Source: Camelus ferus | Lineage: Eukaryota | Reading direction: 5' to 3' | DNA: 64,000 nucleotides | NCBI RefSeq assembly: GCF_009834535.1 | Contig: NC_045697.1 | Location: 69,442,001 to 69,506,000, forward strand | Part shown: positions 11,714-24,510 of the stretch, one piece after another | How positions within the stretch are numbered: position 1 is the stretch's first letter | How the letters are laid out: every line of letters begins with the position of its first letter | Translations under genes and position numbers: made by a program | The notes under the pieces: model-generated | Told to the model about the DNA's origin: nothing | What the model saw: the letters and a program-made list of their open reading frames with translations, nothing else | The model's database searches: none

Positions 11714-12862
11714 TGGTTTCAAAATGGCTTAAAGACTTAAATATAAGACATGATACTATAAAACTAGAAGAGAACATAGGAAAAACAATCTCAGACATAA
11801 ATCGTAGCAGTATTTTCTTAGACCAGTCTCCCAAGGCAAAAGAAATAAAAGCAAAAATGAACAAATGGGACTTGGGACTTTATCAAATTTATAAGTTTTT
11901 GCACAGCAAAGGAAACCATAAACAAAACAAAAAGATAGCCTGCAGACTGGAAGAAAAAATTTGCAATTGACATGACCAACAAGGGCTTTTTTCCCCCCCA
12001 AAATATACAAAAAGTTCATATAACTCAATATTGAAAAACAGACAATCCAATCAAAAAATGGGCAGAAGACTGAAATAGACATTTTTCCAAAGAAGACATA
12101 CAGACGGCCAACAGGCATATGAAAAGATGCTCAGCATTGCTAATTATTAGAAAAATACAAATCAAAACTACAATGAGGTATCACTTCATACCAGTCAGAC
12201 TGGCCATCATCAAAAAGTCTGCAAATAATAAATGCTGGAGAGGGTGTAGAGAAAAAGGAGTCCTCCTACACTGTTGGTGGGAATGTAAATTGGTGCAGCC
12301 ACTATGGAAAACAGCATGCAGGTTCCTTAAAAAACAAAAAATAGAGTTATCATATGATCCAGCAATCCCACTCCTGGGCATATATCCAGAGAAGACTCTT
12401 ATTCAAAAAGATAAATGCACCCCAGTTTCACAGAAGCACTATTAACAGTAGCCAAGACTTGGAAGCAACCTAAGTGTCCATCAATAGATAAATGGATAAA
12501 AAAGATGTGGTGTATCTATACAATGGAATATTATTCAGCCATAAAAAAGAGTGAAATTGCCATTTGCAGCAACATGGACAGACCTAGAGATTATAATACT
12601 AAGTGAAGTAAGTCAGGGAAGGACAAATATTATATAATATCACTTCACTTATATGTGGAATCTAAAATATGATACAAATGAACTTCTCTACATACTAGAA
12701 AGAGACTCACAGACAGAAAACAAACTTATGGTTACCGAAGGGGAAAGGGAGGAGGAGGGAGAAATTAGGAGTATGAGATTAACAGATACACACTACTATA
12801 TTAAAATAGATAAACAACAAGGATTTACTATATAGCACAGAGAATTATACTCAATAGCTTGT
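11714..12862 (+). mobile_element. Artiodactyl/camelid L1 ORF2 3' end + partial 3'UTR
   Basis: ORFs [42 protein letters not shown] match L1 ORF2p C-terminus. Confidence 0.93.
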
Positions 12863-13477
12863 CTTTAAAAAAGGAGAAACAACTTAAACTGCTGCATGAG
12901 ATATCTTTATTAATGAAAATAATTAAATATTGAAATGGATTATATCAATAGAGGATATGGAATCTTCTCTAAGGGCCACTAAAATACAGCTTGTCAGTTA
13001 GTTACTAGATAGTTTAGCACTGGTCCCAACCAAAGGAAGAAAGGACATTTCCCCTATTTTTAGTTGGAGTAAAAAATCCCAATAATGGTTCTTCTAGCTT
13101 TAATGTAGGTATCTGCTATGCATTTGTAATCAAGTACACTGAAGTAAAATAGCTTTCTTAATAATACATTATTTTTGAGGAGAGCTAGTGTGGACTAGTA
13201 AGAAAAAGAATTTTAAAGTGTATATGTAATTTATGTGTAATCATTAAATTGGGATCGCATTTTAAAAACCAACACATCAACAAAAAATTGGGAGAAAACT
13301 ATCTCAGGACCTTGTAGACTCTGAAAAATCATCATCTACCTTTTTAAATTATACCTCTTTCATGCCTTCATTTCTAGTCCATAGTCACACTCCATAGGAA
13401 CGGACGTGACTGTGACAACACTTGCCATGTCCTAAAGGGCTTATCTTCCCCACTTTGCCTCTATTAACAACAAACCT

Positions 13478-13528
13478 AACACCAGAAATTGACACAACAT
13501 TGCGTCTATACTTCAATTAAAAAAAAAA
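13478..13528 (+). mobile_element. L1 extreme 3' tip with poly(A)
   Basis: ACACCAGAAATTGACACAACATTG...TATACTTCAATTAAAAAAAAAAA matches the 3' end of the L1 at 59367-60487. Confidence 0.75.
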
Positions 13529-13549
13529 ACCCTGAGCAGTCGTAAGTAT

Positions 13550-14630
13550 TTAATGTGTGACAAAAGTAGATTGTTCAATAAGTGATCTTGGGAAAATTGG
13601 TTAGTTCTTTGGGAAAAAAATGAAGTTTGATCTTTATTTCAAAGTGTAATCCAAAATAAATTCCAAATAAATTAAATGTCTAAAATGAAAACGTAAAATA
13701 ACAGGCAATCAGTCTTTGGACAGGGAAACCCACTGTAAACAAAACAACAAAGGAGGAAAATATTATAGGAAAGATTAATAAAGATTCACAATCTAAATGT
13801 TAAAAGCCTTTGTTGGTTAAATACACACACATGCCAAATAAAAGCTAACTGATATTCTAGGGGGAAACCTTCCTAGCATATGTGAAAAATGGCTATCATT
13901 AAAATTTAAAACTGGTCTTTCAGATTAACAAAGAAAGGAGGAACTCATCGATAGGAAAATAGACCAAGAACATAAAGGAGAAATTCTCAGGAAAAAAAAA
14001 AAGGCAAAGACTAAATTAAAATATGCAAAAAATTTCAACCTCACTATTCATCTAAAATCAAGAAAAATTTATAAGTAATTCAATGAGATACCCTTTTCAA
14101 ACCAAACACATTGACTGCTATTAAAAAGAATAGTATAAGAGTGGCAATGGTAAGGGAAGACCAGCCCTCATCTACCCAGCTGGCGGGAGTGAAATGGATG
14201 CCTTTCTGGATGGCAAGCAGGTGATATGTGCCAACAAACTTAAAACATACTAATTTGACCCAGCAATTTCACTTCTATGGATTTATGGTAAGGAAGTAAT
14301 GTTATACAAGGATAATTATCATGTCATGGTTTAAACTAGTGAAAAATTGGAAATAATCTAAATACCTAAAAAGAGGGGATTGGTTATATCAATTATTAGA
14401 TATCTATAGACCAAAACACCAGTCATTAAAAATCATTCTGCAGATGAATACTTGTGGGCATGGAAAATGTCCAGCCTGTCACTAAGGCTAAAATTACATG
14501 TGCGGTATGGTAGTATTAAGCACATTATTGTGGGGGTGGGGGAGCTGAAACAGCACAATAAAAAGTTCTCTCTGAGAGTGAAAGGATGGTTTTCTGTTTC
14601 TTTTTGTATTTTTGCTGCTGTTGGCTGAAA
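13550..14630 (+). mobile_element. Old L1M ORF2/3'UTR fragment
   Basis: TTCAATAAGTGATCTTGGGAAAATTGG, AAAATAAATTCCAAAT, TTTGACCCAGCAATTTCACTTCTA. Confidence 0.7.
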
Positions 14631-15839
14631 TTCTGTCTGCATCAAGCATACAACACATACAAGAAAGAAAAGATAATTTTAAAATAGTAATAAAAGAGAA
14701 CAAAGTAACCCCAGTCCAGGTCTATGAAAAAACTAGTCAGAAGTGGACTAGTGGTTCCATGATTAGTTTGGACTCTAAATTTTAAGCAGCTTGGAAATCA
14801 ATGGTAAGTCCTTGGGCTGACCAAAGGGTCCTGCTCTGCCCTCTGAGCATCCTTTATCTCCAGCCCCGTTCCAGGAGGTCTGGGCAACTCTCAGGTGTGC
14901 CAGGCACCAAGTGCTGGGCCAGAAGGAAAGCTAAGGTCTTCACCAGTCAGGAAAAGGAGGTGCCCAAAGGCACTCGAACACGATGATAGACTGCGCTACG
15001 TCAGGTTTTTACATTTTAGACGCTGCATGTTTGAGTCGTTTGCCTGTCCACCCTGCCTGCCCTGCTATTTCTAGGTGTTCTGATCAGAACTTTCCATATT
15101 GCAGCAACTGGGGAATTACTAAGGAGTCAGCTAATTAATAGAATTTCTACAGCCAGTTGCAAGAAAAATACCAAATGAGAAACTGTAAATCAACAAAGAA
15201 GTGTTTATTCCTCGTGAAGGAACTGTGATTACCCAAATTCAAGACATATGTCAACTCTTCGAGATTTCTCAGGCAAGAAAGCAGGAAAACATCTCATTCT
15301 TTTCCTCCCCCTTTGAAGTTTTTTATTTTTTCAGGGTTACCTAACAGATAATATTTTTCATTAGTAACTTCATCTGACAGACAACAAGCATTTTCTCCTT
15401 CGTTCGGTAGGGTCAGAAGGTTGCAGCTTCCTACTGTATCATCTTGATAAAAGGGACTCTAAAGCCACCTGCAACCATATATTGTTACATGACCTTGATT
15501 TGTAGGGCTCGGGAGTACAATGGGCAAAGAATAAACACAGGATATGTTCTTCACTCTGAATTGTTTAGTGTTAAAATAGCACACTGAGTGGTGGCCGCCA
15601 GTGCCACAGTGACAGGCATTTACACATGTATGTTGTGCCCTATTTTGGGGTCTATGAGAAATCTGTGTGCAATCAAAAGAGTTCTAGACCTGGGTACCTT
15701 CTCTTTTCTGGGTACCAGGGAGAGCCGGAGCCGAGTCCTGCAGAGGGTTGTATGGGACTCTTGAAACCAGGGTTAAAAATTTCCAGCATACATTATGAAA
15801 AAAATTATATTCATGATAACAATTTGAATTTGTTTAAGG

Positions 15840-16180
15840 AGGCAGCATGTTAAAAAAAAAAAAAGATTGGAGATTCTGGAATTAGACTTAGTTCAAATCC
15901 CTGTCTTCTTTCATATTAGAGGTATGGCCTTAATCTCAAAAATTTTAAGATCCTTGGTTGTAAAATTGGTGTAAAATTCTGTGTGAAACAAATTCATAAG
16001 CACATAGAGCTTTATGGTGCATTTTCAAACACTGCCTCACTTGATCTTTGCAATTATCCCACAAGAAAGATCTGATTACCCCTAGTTTACAGTTGAGGAA
16101 ACTGAGGCTCGGAAATGTCCTAAATCATGCAGGATAAGGACCCATATCTTCTGAGTCATAGTCCTGTGCTCTTTCCACAA
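15840..16180. mobile_element. Two MIR fragments in opposite orientation
   Basis: TTAGTTCAAATCCCTGTC/TGTAAAATTGG (+) then TTTACAGTTGAGGAAACTGAGGCTC (-). Confidence 0.6.
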
Positions 16181-16228
16181 AACACAAAATATATTCTAAC
16201 CAACTAGCAATAAAGAAAATGAGTTGAA

Positions 16229-16328
16229 TGTCCATGAATGACTGAAAAATTGTGCTGAACACTGGAATTCGACACACATTGTAAAATGATTATAAATCAA
16301 TAAAAAATGTTTAAAAAAAAAAAAAGAG
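16229..16328 (+). mobile_element. Young, severely 5'-truncated L1 3' end with perfect TSD
   Basis: AATAAA + poly(A); perfect 17-bp TSD AAAGAAAATGAGTTGAA at 16212-16228 and 16329-16345. Confidence 0.85.
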
Positions 16329-17194
16329 AAAGAAAATGAGTTGAAAGGAAGATGGGCAAAATGCAGCCTTTGTCAGTAGCCCAGGCAGCACTCCTGATTT
16401 TGACTAAGTTTGCAGGTCCAGGCAGTGTGGACTACCACTTTTTCCCCCAGGACAGCAATGCCCTGCAAGTGGAGCCACTCCCCGGAGTCTCCCAGGGAAC
16501 AGGAGTCAGCTGGCCTCTCTCTGCTTGTCCCCATCAGCAAGTCAGTCTGTGTTGAGCCAAGAAAGTGGCAGGTGGGCTACATCGGATGACATCTTCATGT
16601 GACCATGAAGGTGGTCTTCTGCTAACAGAAGGGAACTCAATCTCAATTGGCCAAGTCAATTAGGAATTTGATTCTACCTATAGGAAGAGGATTTTATACA
16701 TCAGCACTCATAATGATCTCCACTAACTTGTGTTACAAAAACTGGTTGTAATGTAAGACCAAGGTTTCAGTCTGAGCTACAGTGAAAGTTCCACAAAGTG
16801 AGAGCTAATTCCACCATTTGCCTCTTGCATTTGTGGGTAGTTTCATGACGCTAGTCGGGATCATTAGCTCATTTTACTACCTGTGGGGTCTTTTCAGCCT
16901 CCATTGGGTCTTTTCCCTGCCAAATTCTCCCTGATGTTATAATTCAAGAGCTTTGAGAAACATGAAATTTATGATCTGGGATTTTGCTAGTTGTATAATG
17001 CAATGCTCTCAATTTCATTAAAAAAAACTGCTTCAAAATAACTTTGGGGGATAAATTTTGTGATGCAGGACCACATTAAAGCTGAATACTTCAGAGGGTC
17101 AGATGTCCATGCCTCAAGTATTAAATTCCCCTCCTAGATACAACTCTCTCGATAGCATCATAATTAAAAACAGAAACTTGTAAGTAAGATGGAA

Positions 17195-17588
17195 TTTTTT
17201 TTTTCCGTTGTCATTTTTTTTTCATTTTAAAACCCTTTTTACTGAAGCATAACACAGACATGAAAAGTGCACAAATCTAATATGTACAGCTCAGTGAATT
17301 TTCTTATTACAAGAAATTGAATATAGTTCCCTGTGCTATGCAGTAGGTCCTTGTTGTTTATCTATTTTATATAGTAGTGTGTTAATCCCAAATTCCTCAT
17401 TTATCCCTCCCCCACCCCCACTTTGGTAACCATAAGTTTGTTTTCTACGTCCATGAGTCTATTTCTGATTTATAAATAAAATTTGTATCTTACTTTTAGA
17501 TTCCACATATAAGTCATATCATGTGACATTTGTCTTTGTCTGACTTACTTCACTTAATATGATAATCTCTAGGTCCATCCATGTTGCT
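17195..17588 (-). mobile_element. Chimeric L1 3' fragment (artiodactyl-type 3'UTR joined to L1MB-like terminus)
   Basis: 17303-17588 resembles the 3'UTR of the L1 at 44482; 17195-17300 has poly(T) and AAGTGCACAAATCTAATATGTACAGCTCAGTGAATTTTC. Confidence 0.8.
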
Positions 17589-17644
17589 AAAATTCCCCTT
17601 CTAGATACAATTCTCTCGATAGCATCCTAATTAAAAGTTTAAAC

Positions 17645-17830
17645 TTCAAAGTAAGACAGAACCGGGTTTCAATCTCAGTTCTTACCGTGAGGCCTCAGAT
17701 GAATTACCCACGTCTTTAGGCTCAGTTTCCTCATCTGTAGAATGATGATAATAACTGCATTTACCTCATAGAATTATTATGAGGAATTTAAATGAAACAA
17801 TGCTTGCAACATGCTTAGTAACTCCTGGCA
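17645..17830 (+). mobile_element. MIR SINE
   Basis: GGCTCAGTTTCCTCATCTGTAGAATGATGATAATAA core. Confidence 0.75.
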
Positions 17831-19629
17831 AATCTCATCGCTGAAGAACGTAACTGCAATCATTATCCATCAGGTATTTGCTCCCTGCCATGTGGCAGAC
17901 GCAGTGCTCATCCCCGGAGCTGCAGCAGGAGAAGGTTCTTCTCAGGAGGCCAACGTAACTGTGTCTGATGCATAACAACTGCTGAGGGCCGGCTGGCTTT
18001 TGACAGGATTAAACCAGTCAATGATGGGAACTACAAGAGAACCCAACTCTAAGCAGAGGTCCCAGTCACAAAGCAAGCTCCCACCTAGAAAGGTCAACCC
18101 ATCTAGAGCAATACCCTGAATTTATAAAAAGTTACAACGATTTAATTTTAAAAAGGCAACACACCAACAGAAAAATGGTCAAAGACAGGAAATTCACAGA
18201 AAGAAATACAAATAATGGAAAAAAATGAATGCATAAAGATGACTTGAAAATAAGATTCATATGCTTTCTATTATCTGCGGACATGTATTAATTTAATAAT
18301 TATTTTTTAATTATTATTTTCATGTTACAAGGCTCCATGGAACTAGGCTTAAAATATCTATAAATGAAGCATTTACTCTCCTCTACAACCCCCAAGTTAC
18401 AAGCACGTTGGAATTTTGGAATTTCATCATGATCTTGCTGCAAAAGAAAAGGCCTGTTGAGGTCATTTCAAAGAGTAAGTCTTGGCAAGGCATTTTACAG
18501 GTAAAGAGAATGTCAAATCATCATTGTTAAACAAGGAAGAGAAAGAAAAGAAGGTTTGATTATTGGTCCCAAGACTCCCGACTGATAGTCATCTAAGTAG
18601 AGGGAGACTGGTTCTCAGAATAAGTGTTAATTCCATTAAAGTTTATCAGAAAATTGCTTATGCATTTTTTTCATTTCTTCCCAGAATGAGGTTGTAAGTT
18701 ATATCAGACCCAGAAGAGGTTTGGGACCATCTTTCTTTCACATCTTTTAGTCCTTCTTGTCTTCCAATAGTTGTTACTCCTGCAATGAGTGCCCTTTCTG
18801 GGGAGTTATCTGATCCAGAATCCTGGACATTAATCTCTCCCTTGCACTTTCAGGTCCGATCACCGAGTCCTGGGTCCTATCTCTTAAGTAAATCCCTCAA
18901 CTCCATGCCTTCTTTCCAAAGCCACCACCACTACCTTAGCTGAGACCCTGACTGGTTATTTCACACATGGATTCCTAGGGTAACTTCCTCTTTGACCTCT
19001 AAGCATCTAAGTCAAACTGCCTGGTCAGAACTCACTGGTTTTGTATTACCAAAAGCTATAGCTGACATTTAAGTATTTCCTGGTTCCCCAATTACAGCAA
19101 CTTTTACTTTATACTTTGATCACATCTATATTCTTTAATATTATTTTTTCACGAGTCCTTTGAAAAGATGACTATTATAATCAGAGGAAAATGATGTTTT
19201 AAATTCTGATAAATCAAAGTTAGCCTATAAAAGGGTATCAAAGTCATCAGACCATGAATGAGTTTTGATGTTATTAAATACAACTTGTATATATTATAAG
19301 AATACTGAAAGAACTGTTAGAAATTTCATTGAGGATTTTCTGTGCAGTTTGGAGTGAAAAATAAAGAACCATGTTGTGCCCAGAAAGCCTCTCCCCATGG
19401 GCAGGGTGACCATACTTCCTAAGTGACCAAGGAGCGTTCTAGTTCCAGTCCATGCCTGGGGTGTCCTGGAATAGTCATTATTTATCCAGCTTGGGCAATA
19501 AACGTTACATCGCTATACTTAGAATGGACATCTCATATAACTTCCTCCTTTTTTCTTGTAGAAGGATTCCTTTGCTTGGAAAGTACCCATAATATGGGAT
19601 TCCAATAGGGCTGAACACCACCTGCTACT

Positions 19630-19990
19630 CCCTCAAGCCTCAACCTCCATAGACAGACACACGCCTCCAGTGTGGCCAGTTAGAACAGCTCACATCTGGG
19701 ACTGCAGTTTCGGGATAAGCATATGACCCAAGCTAGCCCATCAGAGTCCTTCCTGGAACAGACTTTTTTGGAAAAATTCTCTTTTATTTGGGTTTGCTCA
19801 GTTGGTTGGATATGAGCATTGGGATCTCAGTGACTCCTTAGCCTGCCATGTGGAGAAAGCCTGTCTCAAAGTGGGACCACCACAGTGAGCTCCTGAATCC
19901 AGCTGTGCCTCAAGTCAGCTGCATTCCAGACTCCTCAGTTCAATGAGACATGACTCTAAAAAAAAAATTACAATGAAACTACTTCAAATT
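19630..19990 (+). mobile_element. Old MaLR LTR (MLT1K/L-like)
   Basis: ATGACCCAAGCTAGCCCATCAGAGTCCTTCCTGG, TGCCATGTGGAGAAAGCCTGTCT, CCTGAATCCAGCTGTGCCT. Confidence 0.6.
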
Positions 19991-20579
19991 AATATGCCCT
20001 CTCTCCAACTCCCCTTCCAGGGTATGACATGAACCCCCCCCCCCAAAGAAACTGAACATTATATGGAAGCCTGCAAAAGTGGAGGTTTCCATTCTTGAGA
20101 TTTCTCTGATGGAAAATAGAACACATATTAGTTAAAGCACTTAATAATACTTATTAACGAAAAGAAAATCATTGGTAAAATTATAACCACAAGGATGTAA
20201 CCAGGGGATTTGAGGTGCAGCTCTTGCAAAACACAAGGGAACTCTCAGAGAAGGAGCAGGCTTTTCACTGCATGTTAATGGCTCTTTTTGAGATAAGAAC
20301 CTGCAGGAAGCACATGGTTCCTGGTTGTATGTGGCTTATTTGCCAGATGCTGTCTAATTCTCACCCTCTTTCTTACCCCATCCCCAGCCTCCACAGATTC
20401 AGGAGTTGGTGTGGGGCAAGGTTCTGCAATGAGGTGATACTGCTGTTCTGCACGTCACTTGGTAATTTTTAAGAGCTGAAAATGTAATTACTTTTACGCC
20501 ACCTCAAAATATCCCCAAATCAAAACACCTGTATCAAAGCAGCAGCTTCAAAGTGTCAAGCATCTGCTGCCTTTTTCTG

Positions 20580-21145
20580 ACTGGCCTTGCCCCCTTAATT
20601 TAGTTTTCATCCAGACTCCCGAGGGATTTTTACAACATGAAAATCTCATCTAATCATGACTGTATTTAAAGTCGCTCTGGCTCCTGTTTCCCCTTCTCCC
20701 ACCCCAGCCCCACATGGCTTCCAGGCTCCAGTTATACTGAGCTGTACACAGTGCCCTGAATGCCCGCATGAGTCAGTACCCCCATGCCTTCGCAAACCCC
20801 TTCCTCGGCTCCAAGGTCCTTCTCCCCCATCCTGCCTGACAAACTCCTCTGGTGTCACCTTCTCTGAGAAATACTCCATGTCTCCCCAGACAGGGTTAGG
20901 CAGGCATTTCTTGCTCTGGGCTCCCACGGCATTCTGCGCTGATCCTCTGACATCACACTTACTCCTTCAGCAGAATTACTTGCTCTCCTATTTGTCTCTC
21001 TTGATAGGCTGAGAATCCCTCGAGGGCAGAGGATAAGTCTTTATCTTTGTAGCCTTTGAACTCGGCATAGTACATCGCACCGCAATTGTTCAATAAATGT
21101 TTATTGAATGAGTGGATAAATAAATGCATGAGTGAATAAATGAAT
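20580..21145 (+). mobile_element. L2 LINE 3' end
   Basis: Ends in CAATAAATGTTTATTGAATGAGTGGATAAATAAATG; GTCACCTTCTCTGAGAA internal motif. Confidence 0.75.
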
Positions 21146-21749
21146 AATAAACTGAGCATAAAAACCCAACCAAAATAGGATGATTACACTGGGTCTGTCT
21201 CATAGTGATACAACTTCCAACTTGCTCATGTGCAGTTTGAAGTTGTTAGTTTCCTGCCTTCCCCACAGGGAGAAGGGGCGTGTGTGCTGATCTTTAGGGT
21301 TTGGGAATAAGGTCTTGTTCACCTTTAGTTGTACTTCAATGACATGATGGCTCATTTGCCAAAAGTTTAAGGACTCTGACCTGAATTAGGTGAGATGTTT
21401 CCTGGATATTAAATTAGATGTTACATGAGATGATACATGTGAAGCACAGCGCACGGCACAAGTAGGCACACTAGCTATGGTTACCATGTCATCACCACCA
21501 CCAACATCATCATCATCATCATTATCAGCATTAAAGAGGCGTCTTGTTGGATGTACAGCAGTAGAGCATAGAGGTCAGAGAGCACAGGGTTTAGAGTTCA
21601 ACTGTGCCTGAGTTTGTACCCTGTTTCCACCACCGGATGGACCCACAGGATCCATTCTTGACTGTTGGTCTTTAAAAGGTATCTTAATGATTTGAGTCTA
21701 ATTTTCCTAATCTGTAAAACAAAGATGTATTCATTTTACAAGATGGATG

Positions 21750-22280
21750 GATTTCTCTGTGCCAAGAATCATTCTGGGTACCTGAGATCCACAGTGAATA
21801 AAACAAAAATCCCCACCCCCATGGGGTTTACAATGTCGAAATAAAATCTAGCAGAACAAATAAAATAGCTCAAAAAATTTGACAGTGACAAGTGCCATGA
21901 CTGAGAGAGAAGGCAGGACGCAAATGGGGAGCGGACAGGACTGCAGTTGAAGTAGGGTGGCCAGGCACAGGCATGGCGAGAAGGGGAGGTTTGTGTGAAG
22001 ACCTGAAAGTGGAAAGGAGTGAGCAGAGGGGAGCAAGAACAAGGGCCAGCGTGGGAGCTGAGGGCACAGCACGAAGTCAGAGCAGTGTCCGGACGATCTC
22101 GGAGACCTGCTGTACGGTCTTGGACTTTTCTCTGAGTGAAGGCTCATTGGAGGGTTTTACATGAAGGCGTGACTTGACCTTACAGGTTCGTGCTGAGGAT
22201 GTGCTGAGAACAGCTGAATGAGGACCAGGGTGGAAGTGAGGAGGCCACAGTAATAATTCAGCATAGATGGTGAAAGGAAG
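21750..22280 (-). mobile_element. L2 LINE fragment
   Basis: TGTGCCAAGAATCATTCTGGGTACCTGAGATCCACAGTGAATAAAAC; GACTTTTCTCTGAGTGAA; CATTGGAGGGTTTTA. Confidence 0.7.
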
Positions 22281-22755
22281 CCTCATGGCCTGCTTTCCTT
22301 CCATCTCGCAGAAAATTGTTATTTTACTAGAATTGGCAGCTGCTGGGAAATTATTGTACTTAATGCACAAACTGTGATGCCTACAGTGTGAATGGCAATG
22401 CCTTACCTTGTGAAGTGTGCAACCTGCACAACCACACGTGTTGGGAGGAAGAGAGAGAGAATATTAAAGGTGACTTTCAGGTTTTTGGTGTAGCAACAAG
22501 GATAAAATTTCCATGAGGAAGGTTAGTGGTGGGGGCAGGCAGGAGATCCATTCTGAGCTTGTTAAACGTTAGATGTGTTGCCATTGAGCATAATAATATA
22601 ACCTGTCTCACATGATTGCTGTGAGGGTTAAGTTAGTATATGTGAGCAACAAAAGCTGTCAGTAGTTGCTCAGTAAGTGCAGGGCCCTATCATTATCAGA
22701 TACCTTGAATTTTCAACATACACATTTAAGTTTAGAATGTATATATATAAAATAC

Positions 22756-22770
22756 GTGTGTGTGTGTGTA

Positions 22771-22824
<54 letters not shown>
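22756..22824. repeat. Compound (TG)n(TA)n microsatellite
   Basis: Directly visible. Confidence 0.95.
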
Positions 22825-22828
<4 letters not shown>

Positions 22829-22952
22829 TCTATGTAGATTTAGGATCATCTTCTAAGTGGTTAGCATTCCAGGCTCACTATTCCCAAACATAATTCAAAA
22901 ATTTCAACCCAGACTAATCTATTATCAAATTATAAACAAGGAAGTTGCTATT

Positions 22953-22953
<1 letters not shown>

Positions 22954-22994
<41 letters not shown>

Positions 22995-23008
22995 TATACA
23001 CACACACA
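22954..23008. repeat. Interrupted (CA)n microsatellite
   Basis: Directly visible. Confidence 0.95.
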
Positions 23009-23474
23009 GTCTGTCTATCTATCTATTTTTTGATAAAAGCATGTGAATGTGCATGTCTGGGGGAGTTGTTTGTTTTGCAAAGTCCTCTCTCCTCTTCCCT
23101 TGCTGCACATTTGGGCTCTTTGCCCTTGATAGGGTAATAATATACAAATAAGTGAGAAACCACTGAAGAACAGAATTGATTATCTTTTAGAATGACTTTC
23201 TGTTTCTAATCAGACTCAACAAAGCAAGAATGCTCAAATCTAGGTTGTAAAAATGAAATTACATCTTGGTTTTTATTACCTATGAGACCACTGAAGCGGA
23301 GTACTCTGATGTGACTTTTTAAAAATTCCCCTGTCAGCATGTAACTGTTACAATCAAGTGTGGCAGGTTTCTCTCCCACTGACTCTTCTTATTCTCTGGA
23401 CCACACCAAGCTAGATCACTAAGAGAGTTTTGGGTAAGGTTAAGATCCTCTTTTGAATGTTCTGAATATCATAT

Positions 23475-24378
23475 TTTTAAAGCAGTTTTATTGAGATATG
23501 TAAAAGTCACTCATTTGAAGTTTATAATTCAGTGAATTTGAGTATAGTCACAGAGTTGGACATCTATCACCACAGTCTAATTTTAGACCATCTGTATCAT
23601 CTCCCAAAGAAATCATGTACTCAGTGGCAGTCACTCCCTATTCCTCATCACTTTCCACCTCCAGCACTACCCTAGGCAAATACTAATCTATTTTTTTTTA
23701 ACAGTTTTGCTTATTCTGGACATTTCATATAGATGGAATCATACAAAATGTAATCTTTTGTGACTGGCTTCTTTTACTTAGCATGTTTTTGAGATTTATC
23801 TATGCTGTAGCATATATAAGCACTTCATGTGTTTCTATGGCCAAATAATATTCTACTCTATAGAAACACTACATTTTGTTTATCGATTCATCAGTGATGG
23901 ACATTTGGGTTGTTTCCACTCTGGAGCTGTTATGAATAGCCTGCTGCTATAAACATTCATATATAAGTTTTTGTAAAGACTTAACATATTTTTATTTTTC
24001 TTGAGTGTATACCTAGGAGTATATATGATGGGCTATGAGGTAACTTTATATTGAACTTTCGGAGAAACTGTCAAACTTTTTTTCACAGTGGCTACACCAT
24101 TTTTACTCCCACCAGCAATGCATAGGGGTTCCAATGTCTCCACATCCTCCCCAATACTTGTTATTTCCATCTTTCTTATTACAGCCATCCTGGTGTGTGG
24201 GAAGTCATACCTGGCTGTGACTTTAACTAGCATTTCCCTAATGACAAATGATGTTGAGCATGTTATCATGTGGCTTATGGGCCACTTTGTATACCTCCAC
24301 TGGGGAAATGTCTCTTCTTTGTCCATTTTTAGAGTGAGTTCTCTTTTTATTATTGATTTTTAAGAGTTCTTTGTATTT
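23475..24378 (-). mobile_element. L1MB-like LINE 3' region
   Basis: TTTATTGAGATAT, GGACATTTCATATAGATGGAATCATACAA, GATGGACATTTGGGTTGTTTCCAC; ORF 24033-24326 L1 ORF2-like. Confidence 0.85.
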
Positions 24379-24510
24379 CTTTTTTTTTCTCCAGAGCAGT
24401 TAAAGACTTTATTAGCAACGCAAAGGCACACCTTCAAGAGCTGAAGGTAGGCTTATCCAAAGATAGCCTAGCCTCAGTATCTCTTAATCTCCCTTTTACA
24501 TTGTCCATTG
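24379..24510 (-). mobile_element. Short polyadenylated retro-insertion (LTR U3/R-like or mRNA 3' end)
   Basis: Minus strand: AATAAA (24413-24408) about 19 nt before poly(A); flanked by CTTTGT(A/G)T at 24369-24376 and 24511-24518. Confidence 0.5.
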
